This document shows, piece after piece, positions 10,044-17,588 of a stretch of 34,632 nt of DNA. Each line of letters starts with the position of its first letter. Position 1 is the stretch's first letter. The notes below the pieces were generated by a model. It was not told the origin of the DNA, ran no database searches, and was given only the letters and a program-made list of their open reading frames with translations. The translations under genes and the position numbers were made by a program. The stretch is from NCBI GenBank assembly GCA_017889845.1, contig JAGGAJ010000002.1, positions 1-34,632 on the forward strand, in the 5' to 3' direction. This DNA is from Deltaproteobacteria bacterium. Its GTDB lineage: Bacteria > Desulfobacterota > Deferrimicrobia > Deferrimicrobiales > Deferrimicrobiaceae.

Positions 10044-11551
10044 GACACCTTGCCGGAGGCCCCTTTTCCGGCCTCGGGATAGTCCACCCGACCGTGGGAT
10101 ACCGCGGCGAGGACCTGGCTGATGGCCCGGCCGACGGCGTGCAGGTCACGCAGCGTCATGTCGCACTCGTTCAGCTGGCCGTCGAGGTAGACGCGGTCGA
10201 TGATCCCCTGGACCGTCTCCTCCACCCCTCCGGGTGAAGGCTGGTGGAGACTGCGGACCGCCGCCTCCGCCGCGTCCGCCAGCATGACGATCGCCGCCTC
10301 GCGGGTCCGGGGCTTCGGGCCGGGGTACCGGAACATCTCCTCCGACGCCTTCCTGTCCCGGATCATCGGCCTCGCCTTGTCGAGGAAACAATACAGCACG
10401 CTGGTGCCGTGGTGCTGTTCGATGATCTCCACGATCCGGTCCCCGAGGCGGTGCTCCTTCCCCAGCCGCGTCCCCTCCTTCACATGGGACAGGATGACGG
10501 TCCGGGAGAGGCCGGGGGAAAGGGCATCGTGGACGTTCAACGCCCCCGCCTGGTTCTCCGAGAAGTAGTGGGCCTTCCCCAGCTTTCCCACGTCGTGGTA
10601 CAGGGCGGCGACGCGGCACAGCACCGGGTTGGCTCCGATCGCCAGGGCCCCCGCTTCTGCGAGCGTCCCGACCACCACGCTGTGGTGGAAGGTCCCCGGC
10701 GCCTCGACCATCAGGCGCCGCAGGAGGGGGTGCCCGGTGTGGCCCAGTTCCATCAACCGGATGTCGCTGGCGTACCCGAACGCGTACTCCGCCACCGGCA
10801 GGACGGCCAGGGCGATCGGGCCCGACAGCAGGCCGTTCGCGGCGCCGAACGCCGCCGCCCAGAAGATGCTGCCCGAACCGTAGAACGCCAACTCGAGGGC
10901 GACCGCCGCCACGGCGCACACCGGCGCAGTTTGCACCCCGACCCACAGCATCCGGTAGCGGTCCTGCACCCTTCGCGACCGGGAGGCGCCCGCGGTGCCG
11001 ACCAGCAGGAGGAACAGCATGGCCGACCAGCGCCCGGAGGCGGCGGCAGCGGAGAGGACGGACGCCGCCACCGTAAAGAGGATCGCCGTTTCGGAGTTGA
11101 TCAGGATCCGGACGGTCATCGCGAAGGCGGGAAGCGGGATGAGGTACCCGTACACCCTCGGCGGCACGGAGCGGACAAGCGTGGGCGTTTCCGCGAGAAG
11201 ATCGATCACCCCCTTGGCGGCGAAGAAGAGGAGGAAGGCGAGGGAGCACAGGAACAGGAAATCGCGCAGCGCCAGGCGTACCTTGCGCACTTCCCGCCCC
11301 GCGAAGCCGAACCATTCCGTGAGGAACAGCGCCACCGCCAGCGTCAGGGCCACGGCGCCGACGAACGGAAACGTCCCTCTCCACCGTCCCGCGGCGCGCG
11401 GGAGGAGTTCGTGCCCCCACAGGTAGAAGAGCACCGCGAAGGCCGCCGCCGAGGCCACGCTCAGGGCGAGCAGCCGGCCGTACCGCAGGCGCCGCGACTC
11501 CCCGTTGCCGGAGCGGCGGTTATCCCTGGAATCGCTTCTCGAACCGCTCAT
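10040..11551 (-). CDS. Multi-pass membrane HD/HDIG-domain phosphohydrolase (PgpH-like, short form)
   Basis: 503 aa. About 7-8 predicted TM helices, then an HD domain (HHSVVVG, LYHDVGK, EQHHGT). The position between phoH and ybeY is typical of the PgpH/YqfF family. Confidence 0.8.
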   Translation of the reverse strand: MSGSRSDSRDNRRSGNGESRRLRYGRLLALSVASAAAFAVLFYLWGHELLPRAAGRWRGTFPFVGAVALTLAVALFLTEWFGFAGREVRKVRLALRDFLFLCSLAFLLFFAAKGVIDLLAETPTLVRSVPPRVYGYLIPLPAFAMTVRILINSETAILFTVAASVLSAAAASGRWSAMLFLLLVGTAGASRSRRVQDRYRMLWVGVQTAPVCAVAAVALELAFYGSGSIFWAAAFGAANGLLSGPIALAVLPVAEYAFGYASDIRLMELGHTGHPLLRRLMVEAPGTFHHSVVVGTLAEAGALAIGANPVLCRVAALYHDVGKLGKAHYFSENQAGALNVHDALSPGLSRTVILSHVKEGTRLGKEHRLGDRIVEIIEQHHGTSVLYCFLDKARPMIRDRKASEEMFRYPGPKPRTREAAIVMLADAAEAAVRSLHQPSPGGVEETVQGIIDRVYLDGQLNECDMTLRDLHAVGRAISQVLAAVSHGRVDYPEAGKGASGKVS

Positions 11552-12491
11552 ACGCCTTGATGATCTCCTGCACGAGGGGGTGGCGCACTACGTCGATCTC
11601 CGTGAACCGGCAGAAACGGATCCCCTCCACGCCGTCGAGTATGGAGATCGCCTCGTTCAGGCCGGAGACCCGGCCCGAAGGGAGGTCGGTCTGCGTGATG
11701 TCCCCGGTGATGACCGCCTTCGAGCCGAAACCGATGCGGGTGAGGAACATCTTCATCTGCTCGGAGGTGGTGTTCTGGGCCTCGTCTAGGATGACGAATG
11801 AGTCGTTCAGCGTGCGCCCCCGCATGAATGCCAGCGGCGCCACTTCGATGGTCCCCCGCTCCATCAGCTTCGCCGCCTGCTCGTACTCGAGCATCGTGTA
11901 CAGCGCGTCGTGCAGCGGCCGGAGGTACGGGTTCACCTTCTCCGCCATGTCCCCCGGCAGGAATCCGAGCTTCTCCCCGGCCTCCACCGCCGGGCGGGCG
12001 AGCACGATCCGTTTCACCTCCTTCCGGAGGAGGAATCCCACCGCCATGGCCATGGCGAGGAAGGTCTTCCCCGTCCCCGCCGGGCCCACGCCGAAGACGA
12101 TGTCGAAGTCCCGCATGGCGTCGAGGTACCGTTTCTGCGCCACGCTCTTCGGCGTGATCATCCGGTTCCGGGAGGATTTGAAGACGACGTCCTGGAACAC
12201 CTCGGAAACGTCCGCGTTCCGGTCCGCCGAGACGATTCGGATCGCCGCGTCGACATCGTTCCCCGCCAACGGGATGCCCCGGCGGAGCACCCGGTACAGC
12301 CCGGAGAGCACTTTTCCTGCGAGCTCCACCGGGATCGGGTCCCCCGCGACACGCGCGTCGACGCTTCCCGGCCGGATCACGACGCCGAGGGCCTTCTCCA
12401 GCGCCTTCAGGTGCGCGTCGTGCGGCCCGAACAGCGTCGGCAGGACCGACGGGTCCTCGAACCGGATCGTTTCCTCCCGCGCCTCCGTCAA
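11520..12491 (-). CDS. phoH: PhoH family ATPase
   Basis: Walker [11 protein letters not shown], Walker [24 protein letters not shown] 11520..12629 trimmed to TTG 12491, which follows GGAGGGGGTGAGGGA. The longer form overlaps the upstream gene. The exact start is uncertain (TTG 12518 is an alternative). Confidence 0.85.
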   Translation of the reverse strand: MTEAREETIRFEDPSVLPTLFGPHDAHLKALEKALGVVIRPGSVDARVAGDPIPVELAGKVLSGLYRVLRRGIPLAGNDVDAAIRIVSADRNADVSEVFQDVVFKSSRNRMITPKSVAQKRYLDAMRDFDIVFGVGPAGTGKTFLAMAMAVGFLLRKEVKRIVLARPAVEAGEKLGFLPGDMAEKVNPYLRPLHDALYTMLEYEQAAKLMERGTIEVAPLAFMRGRTLNDSFVILDEAQNTTSEQMKMFLTRIGFGSKAVITGDITQTDLPSGRVSGLNEAISILDGVEGIRFCRFTEIDVVRHPLVQEIIKAYERFEKRFQG

Positions 12492-12519
12492 TCCCTCACC
12501 CCCTCCTCGAGATCGCAAA

Positions 12520-13404
12520 TCAGAAGAACCTCGTCCATTCCGAAAAGAGCTCCGCGGCGGACGGGGAGAGGAGGGAGCGGTAGAGCCAGGCCGCCGCGGC
12601 CGCCGCGCCCCCTGCCCACAGGACCGCAAGGACCGTGGCGTGCCGGCGGCGCAGGGAGAACTCCCTCCGGATCCGCAGGTCGGGGTCCTCCCGTTCCGGG
12701 ACCACCGCGCGGACCTCCACCAGGCCCCGGTCCAACAGCGATACCAGCCCCCTGCACCCCTCGACCCCCGTGATGCAGGCTTTCCGGAAGACCCGGTCGG
12801 GATCGTCCGAGAACTCCAGCGCCTTCCAGACGGCGCGCTCCTCCGGGGAGATCGCGCTCGTGTCGACCTTCTCCCCCTTGCGCCGCATCGCGCGGTACGC
12901 CCCCGGCGGCAGCTTCCCGCGGTACAGGGGGTACTCGTCGAGGAACTGCATCCCCTCCATCATCAGGACGTCCGGCCGCATCGGTTCCCCTCCCAAGGGG
13001 GAGGACCGGACCGCGAATCCCTCGAACCGGAACTCCCCGTCCCGCAGGGACAGCACGTCGAAGAGGCATTCCCTGACCTGCAGGGCGAGGTAGCGGGCGA
13101 GCACCTCGCGGGATATCTTCCCCTTCTCCACGAGGAGTTCCCCGATCTTCTTCCCGCCGCCCCCCTGGGCGTCGAGGAACCGTTTCAGGTCGGAGTCGGT
13201 GAGGAACCCGGCGTCCCGAAGCATGGTTCCCAGGAGGGACCGGGGCTCCCTCCGGTCGGGCTGGACGTCCACGATCAGCCCCTCCGCGAACAGGAAGATC
13301 GTGACCCGGTCGTCCCCGGAGATTGCGAGGGAGCCGCTCTTCCCCTGCGAGGAAACGAGCTGGAAGATCTCCGGGATGCTGAAATCGGCGATTTTCCCCT
13401 GCAC
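12520..13404 (-). CDS. DUF4388 (PATAN-like) domain protein with tandem MshEN-like motifs and a C-terminal TM anchor
   Basis: 294 aa. The N-terminus GKIADFSIPEIFQLVSSQGKSGSLAI fits the DUF4388 signature. Residues 57-109 form two 24-residue xLGxxLxxxGxLxxxxLxxxLxxQ motifs split by GGGGK. C-terminal hydrophobic helix VLAVLWAGGAAAAAAWLY. GTG start with a GAGGGGA SD. Confidence 0.7.
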   Translation of the reverse strand: MQGKIADFSIPEIFQLVSSQGKSGSLAISGDDRVTIFLFAEGLIVDVQPDRREPRSLLGTMLRDAGFLTDSDLKRFLDAQGGGGKKIGELLVEKGKISREVLARYLALQVRECLFDVLSLRDGEFRFEGFAVRSSPLGGEPMRPDVLMMEGMQFLDEYPLYRGKLPPGAYRAMRRKGEKVDTSAISPEERAVWKALEFSDDPDRVFRKACITGVEGCRGLVSLLDRGLVEVRAVVPEREDPDLRIRREFSLRRRHATVLAVLWAGGAAAAAAWLYRSLLSPSAAELFSEWTRFF

Positions 13405-13407
13405 GTC

Positions 13408-15321
13408 CTAGGTCCCCTCGCCCGCGATGTTGTACTGCATCTGCAGCCGGTCGAAGGAACGTCTCCCCCACCACGCACCGCCGGCCCATGCCAGCGCCAC
13501 GCACGCGACGGCGACGCCGGTGGCGAGGGTCTGCAGGTCCGAGATCAGCCCCCGGGACGTCGCCCGCGCGCCCAGGGAAACCGTCAGCGCCCCCAAAGGA
13601 GTGCACAGCGCGAAGGCGTACGCCATCGCCTGCAGGTCCTTGCCCGCCCACAGGGCGCCGCTCCCGGGAACCAGGACGGAGCAGGCCCGGACGTACCGCC
13701 GATGCAGCCGGATGGTCAGGATCCTTCGCTCTCTCTCCTCCCCGCCGCGGACGCCGCCGCCGACCTGGGCCCGGCAGGAATTGCAGATGTCGGTGGTCTC
13801 CCTCGTCCGGGCGACCATCGTCAGGGTGCCGCAGGACCGGCACGCGCAGTGGAGCCAGACCTTCCGGGTGAGGAGCATCCACGCCGCCGCCCAGATGCAT
13901 GCCGCGGCAAGGACCATGGGGATCCAGCTGCCCGGCAGGAGCCGGAAGAAGAGCACGTGTATCGGACTCTCCGCCGCCTCCCTCACCCAGCCTTTCCGGG
14001 GTGTGAACAGGTTCCTCCAGACCCCTTCCGCCCGTATCGGGGACGGCACCAGTTCGCCGCGGGTCATCTCATCGGCCCGGAAGTCGAACGGGGGCATCGA
14101 CCCGATGCTCGACCAGGCCGCGGACTGGATCCGGGCCGCCTGGTCCAGCCGGAACGTCCCCAGGTAGAGCTGGTAGGCGTTCCAGTGCGCAGGCCCGCCC
14201 GACGGGGTTCGCCCGGCGGCGGCCTCGAAATCCGACAACGCGTCCCCGGTCTTCCCGAGCCGCGCGCGGACCACCCCGCGGTTGTTGTACGACCCGGCGA
14301 CGTCCTGCCCGTCCCGGATCAGCTCCGACCACATCCGTTCCGCACTTTGCAGGTTCCCCGCCTGCATCTCCGCCCTGGCCTTGCCGAACCGCACCATGCG
14401 CTCCCACTGCGGTCCTGGAAGGGCCGGGTCCCCCGTGGAAGGGACTTCCGGCCAGGCTCCGGGGAAATACCCTTCGACGCCGAGCCACTTCCCGGTCCGG
14501 GTTCCAATGGCCAGCCGTTCGATGGACTCAAGGACCCCGCTGGAGAGGAAGACGCACGCTAGCAGGATGATCGCCGTGACCGCGATCGCCGCTTCCCCGC
14601 GCCGAAGGTACCCCGCCGATACGGCGACCCAGAACACGGCGCACGCGCCCAGCCCCGCGCCGGCGATGACGGGGGCGACGAAGCAGCCCCACACGAGCAG
14701 GGAGGCCGGAATCTCGGGATACGTGAAGGTCCGGAACAGGCGCGACGCGTCGGCGGTCAAGGCCGTCCGGGCGCGCAGCAGCAGGGAGATGGATGCCCAG
14801 GCCGCGAACCAGTACGCGGCCACCGAGACGACGAGCATCAGCCACGCGGCGCATCCCGGCAGGGCCGGGGCGAACGCCCGTGCGGCGCCGGCCAATCCCT
14901 CCACGTCGGAGAGAAACCGGTCCGGCGCGAACCGCACGGCGTCCTCGCGGGTGAGCCAGGCCCAGAGGGGAACGGACAGTGGCGCCACGCGCGTCGTTTC
15001 CCGCAATGCCCCGTACGCCTGCCGCGTCCACCCTTCCTTCACGGCACGTTCGAAGACCAGGTCCGGGATGGCGTTGAGGGACAGGATGCCGTGATCGAGC
15101 ATCAGCTTCCGGAGGGAGCGCACCTCCCGCGCGAAGGCATCGGTCGGGGCGGGTGTTGCGGCCCCGACCACCCGCAGCGCCTGCTCCCGGACGTTCCGCG
15201 GATACCCCGGGAACGGTTCCGCCGCCGAGCCGGATGCAGGGACCGATAACAGAAAGATCACCAGGAAAAGGGATGCCGGTGCGCTGAAAATACCGGTCCC
15301 GTTGGGAACCCGTGGAGTCAT
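13408..15321 (-). CDS. Polytopic membrane protein with TPR repeats and a CxxC...CxxC zinc-ribbon loop (uncharacterised)
   Basis: 637 aa. N-terminal signal/TM (IFSAPASLFLVIFLLSVPASGSA) and several TM helices. A TPR-like block (AEMQAGNLQSAERMWSELI...YNNRGVVRARLGKTGDALSDFEAA). CRSC-x16-CNSC between TM helices. High third-position GC supports coding. I recognise no family beyond TPR. Confidence 0.65.
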   Translation of the reverse strand: MTPRVPNGTGIFSAPASLFLVIFLLSVPASGSAAEPFPGYPRNVREQALRVVGAATPAPTDAFAREVRSLRKLMLDHGILSLNAIPDLVFERAVKEGWTRQAYGALRETTRVAPLSVPLWAWLTREDAVRFAPDRFLSDVEGLAGAARAFAPALPGCAAWLMLVVSVAAYWFAAWASISLLLRARTALTADASRLFRTFTYPEIPASLLVWGCFVAPVIAGAGLGACAVFWVAVSAGYLRRGEAAIAVTAIILLACVFLSSGVLESIERLAIGTRTGKWLGVEGYFPGAWPEVPSTGDPALPGPQWERMVRFGKARAEMQAGNLQSAERMWSELIRDGQDVAGSYNNRGVVRARLGKTGDALSDFEAAAGRTPSGGPAHWNAYQLYLGTFRLDQAARIQSAAWSSIGSMPPFDFRADEMTRGELVPSPIRAEGVWRNLFTPRKGWVREAAESPIHVLFFRLLPGSWIPMVLAAACIWAAAWMLLTRKVWLHCACRSCGTLTMVARTRETTDICNSCRAQVGGGVRGGEERERRILTIRLHRRYVRACSVLVPGSGALWAGKDLQAMAYAFALCTPLGALTVSLGARATSRGLISDLQTLATGVAVACVALAWAGGAWWGRRSFDRLQMQYNIAGEGT

Positions 15322-15330
15322 AAAGGCATT

Positions 15331-15340
15331 ATGTTAACAT
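15331..15340. promoter_or_regulatory. Perfect 10-bp palindrome ATGTTAACAT in the 41-bp divergent spacer (candidate operator/promoter core)
   Basis: AT-rich island in a GC-rich genome, between ATG 15321 (minus) and ATG 15363 (plus). It overlaps a minus-strand CATAAT (15333..15328) and a plus-strand CATTAT/TAACAT. Confidence 0.3.
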
Positions 15341-15362
15341 TGTCACGGGGAAAATACCCGCT

Positions 15363-16136
15363 ATGGACGACTTCCGGAAACTCGTCGAGATCATGGCCCG
15401 CCTCCGCGGCGAGGGGGGGTGCGAATGGGACCGCGCCCAGACCCACGAAACGCTGCGGCAATACCTCGTGGAGGAGACCCACGAGGTGGTGGACGCGATC
15501 CGCCGGAACGACCCTGCCCTGCTGTGCGAGGAACTGGGCGACCTCCTTCTGCAGATCCTCTTCCACGCCCGGATCGCGCAGGAAAACCGGGATTTCGACA
15601 TCACCGACGTGATCGCTTCGATTTCGGAGAAGATGGTCCGCCGCCACCCTCACGTATTCGGCGATGCCCGGGCCGACAACCCGGAGGCCGTCTCCCTCCA
15701 GTGGGAACACATCAAGCGGACGGTGGAGAACAGGGCCCACCCCTCCATCGTGGGGGGGGTGCCGCGGGAATTCCCTTCCCTGTTGAGGGCGTCCAAGATG
15801 TCGAAGAAGGCCGCCCGCGCCGGCTTCGACTGGGAGCGGACGGAGCAGGTGCTGGAAAAGGTGGAGGAAGAGCTCGGGGAGCTCAAGGATGCCATGTCCG
15901 GGACGGACCCCGGCCGCATCGAACACGAGTTCGGGGATGTCCTGTTCGCACTCGTCAATCTCGCTCGTTTCCTGGACCTGAACCCGGAAGTCGCGATGAT
16001 GTCCGCGAACGACCGGTTCGAGCGGAGATTCCGGGAGATGGAAAAAATCGCTTCGGAAACGGGTAATTCCATCGAAGCAGCCGACATGGCCACCCTCGAA
16101 ACCCTCTGGCAGAAAGCGAAGAAGGCCACCTCCTGA
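15363..16136 (+). CDS. mazG: Nucleoside triphosphate pyrophosphohydrolase MazG
   Basis: 257 aa with tandem MazG domains (EETHEVVDAI, ELGDLLLQILFHA, and a second EELGELKDA...EFGDVLFALVNLAR). Confidence 0.9.
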   Translation: MDDFRKLVEIMARLRGEGGCEWDRAQTHETLRQYLVEETHEVVDAIRRNDPALLCEELGDLLLQILFHARIAQENRDFDITDVIASISEKMVRRHPHVFGDARADNPEAVSLQWEHIKRTVENRAHPSIVGGVPREFPSLLRASKMSKKAARAGFDWERTEQVLEKVEEELGELKDAMSGTDPGRIEHEFGDVLFALVNLARFLDLNPEVAMMSANDRFERRFREMEKIASETGNSIEAADMATLETLWQKAKKATS

Positions 16137-16147
16137 GCGGCATCCCG

Positions 16148-16193
16148 TTTTCCACACCTGTTGTGGAAACCCTGTGGAGTCCCTTGTGGAATT
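16148..16193. repeat. Cluster of four TCCACA/TGTGGA (DnaA-box-like) motifs; the first two form an 8-bp inverted repeat
   Basis: TTTTCCACA at 16148-16156. TGTGGAAAC at 16162-16170, TGTGGAGTC at 16173-16181, TGTGGAATT at 16185-16193. Cores are spaced 11 and 12 bp apart. Confidence 0.35.
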
Positions 16194-16311
16194 TCCGGGC
16201 CGTGCGCGCCCGGAGGGACCGTTCCGCAGATTGCCTGTTTATTGGGCATTCCATCCGCTCGCCGCTTCCCCGCGCATTGCCGTCCTCCCCGGGAAAATCC
16301 CCTTTTCCTCT

Positions 16312-16340
16312 TTGACATTTCCGGGTCCATGGTATTAAAT
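16312..16340 (+). promoter_or_regulatory. Candidate sigma70 promoter of rpsT
   Basis: TTGACA at 16312-16317, then an AT-rich GGTATTAAAT at 16331-16340. This gives TATTAA at 15-nt spacing or TTAAAT at 17-nt spacing, about 45 nt upstream of the rpsT start. Confidence 0.5.
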
Positions 16341-16385
16341 GTCACTTTCGATAATACCGATGATCGGATCGCAAGGAGGAACAGG

Positions 16386-16655
16386 TTGGCCAAGCTCAAG
16401 TCCGCCGTGAAGCGGCACAAGCAGAGTCTGAAGCGCCGCGCGCAGAACCGCCACGTCCGCTCCACCGTCAAGAGCGCCGTCAAGGAGGTCCGCGCAGGGA
16501 TCGCCGAATCCGGCGACAAGGCCGCCGAGCTCCTCCGGAACGCGTCGTCCCTCATCGCCCGCGCCGGGTCGAAGGGCGTGCTGCACAAGAAGACGGCGTC
16601 CCGCAAGATCTCCCGGCTCGCCAAGGCGGTCCGGAAAGCGACCGCGGGGAAGTAA
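16386..16655 (+). CDS. rpsT: 30S ribosomal protein S20
   Basis: ORF 16161..16655 trimmed to TTG 16386, preceded by AAGGAGGAACAGG. Product (M)AKLKSAVKRHKQSLKRRAQNRHVRSTVKSAVKEV..., 89 aa, basic, typical S20. Confidence 0.9.
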   Translation: MAKLKSAVKRHKQSLKRRAQNRHVRSTVKSAVKEVRAGIAESGDKAAELLRNASSLIARAGSKGVLHKKTASRKISRLAKAVRKATAGK

Positions 16656-16667
16656 CCGCAAGGGCCA

Positions 16668-17588
16668 CTAAGACAGCGCCAGCAGAAGCCGGATCTCGAA
16701 GACCTGCCCGGGGGAGAGCCGGCTCTCCCCCTTCAACTCCCGGTCGATCCGCGACAGGGTGCGAAACAGCACCGCGGCCCGTCCCGGCGCGACCGTCACC
16801 GACCTGCCCCTGCCCTGTATGCAGCTCCGAAGGTACCAGGACAACGCCCCGTTCAGCCTGTGGTAATCATCCGCGTCCGCGGTGACAGCGAAGCGGCGCA
16901 GGAGCGCGATGCATGCGGGGCCGTCCTTCCTCACCAGCGCCTCCGCCATGCGGAACGGGTCCACTTCACCGCGGGATACGCAGACGGCGCGGATGTCCTC
17001 CTCGACGATCTCCTTCCGCCCCCGGGCGTACGCGATGAGTTTCCCGACCTCGGCGGCGAGCGGTTCGAAGGAAACGCCGACCCACCGGGCGAGGAAGGAT
17101 GCCGATTCCCGGGAGAGGGACACTCCGGCCTCCCGGACAGCGCCGATGGCGTACTCCGCAAGGGAATCCACTGCCTGCTGCTCCCTCGGGGCGGCGGACA
17201 GGAGGTTCGGGGCACGGGAGAGCCCCTGCGCCTGGCGGAAGTCGGTGCCGTGCAGGACGAGCGTCGCGGAAGGTTCCGGCGCTTCGAGGTAGTCGCGGAT
17301 CGCATCCCGGTGAACTTTCTTCATCTCCGTGAGGTCCGGGAGGACGAAGATGCGCACCCGTGCGAAAAAGGAGGGGGAGCGCCAGACAGTCACGGGGGAT
17401 TCCCGGTCGAGGTCCGCCGGCGTCCAGTGATGGGTCTCGAAGCGCACTCCCCCGGCGCGCAGCCGCCGCTCCCACGCGTCCACGAGGCACCCCGCCAGCC
17501 CGGCGCCGTCCCCGTACAGAAGGTATGCGGGGGCCGGCACCTTGCCGATCCAGGCCCTGAAAACCGGTGGAACGGAAGCGTCGTTCAC
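16668..17588 (-). CDS. holA: DNA polymerase III subunit delta
   Basis: ORF 16668..18266 trimmed to GTG 17588 (VNDASVPPVFRAWIGKVPAPAYLLYGDGAG). 306 aa. Conserved leuS-lptE-holA order. The GTG overlaps the lptE stop (GTGA). Confidence 0.8.
   Translation of the reverse strand: MNDASVPPVFRAWIGKVPAPAYLLYGDGAGLAGCLVDAWERRLRAGGVRFETHHWTPADLDRESPVTVWRSPSFFARVRIFVLPDLTEMKKVHRDAIRDYLEAPEPSATLVLHGTDFRQAQGLSRAPNLLSAAPREQQAVDSLAEYAIGAVREAGVSLSRESASFLARWVGVSFEPLAAEVGKLIAYARGRKEIVEEDIRAVCVSRGEVDPFRMAEALVRKDGPACIALLRRFAVTADADDYHRLNGALSWYLRSCIQGRGRSVTVAPGRAAVLFRTLSRIDRELKGESRLSPGQVFEIRLLLALS

Noticed and set aside
11557-14562. 1001-aa plus-strand ORF, the longest in the track
   Set aside because: It lies antisense to phoH, the DUF4388 gene and the TPR gene. 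The minus-strand frames carry recognisable motifs ([11 protein letters not shown]4388 N-terminus). The plus-strand translation is Arg/Pro/Gly-rich low complexity, typical of stop-poor antisense frames in GC-rich DNA.
16195-16213. CCGGGC-7 nt-GCCCGG hairpin downstream of mazG as a rho-independent terminator
   Set aside because: It is only a 6-bp stem and is followed by AGGGACC, not a T-run. It is not convincing as a terminator.
16161-16385. N-terminal 75 codons of the 164-aa ORF containing rpsT
   Set aside because: S20 is about 87-90 aa. The extension covers the promoter-like TTGACA/TATTAA region and lies upstream of a perfect SD plus TTG that gives the canonical AKLKSA N-terminus.
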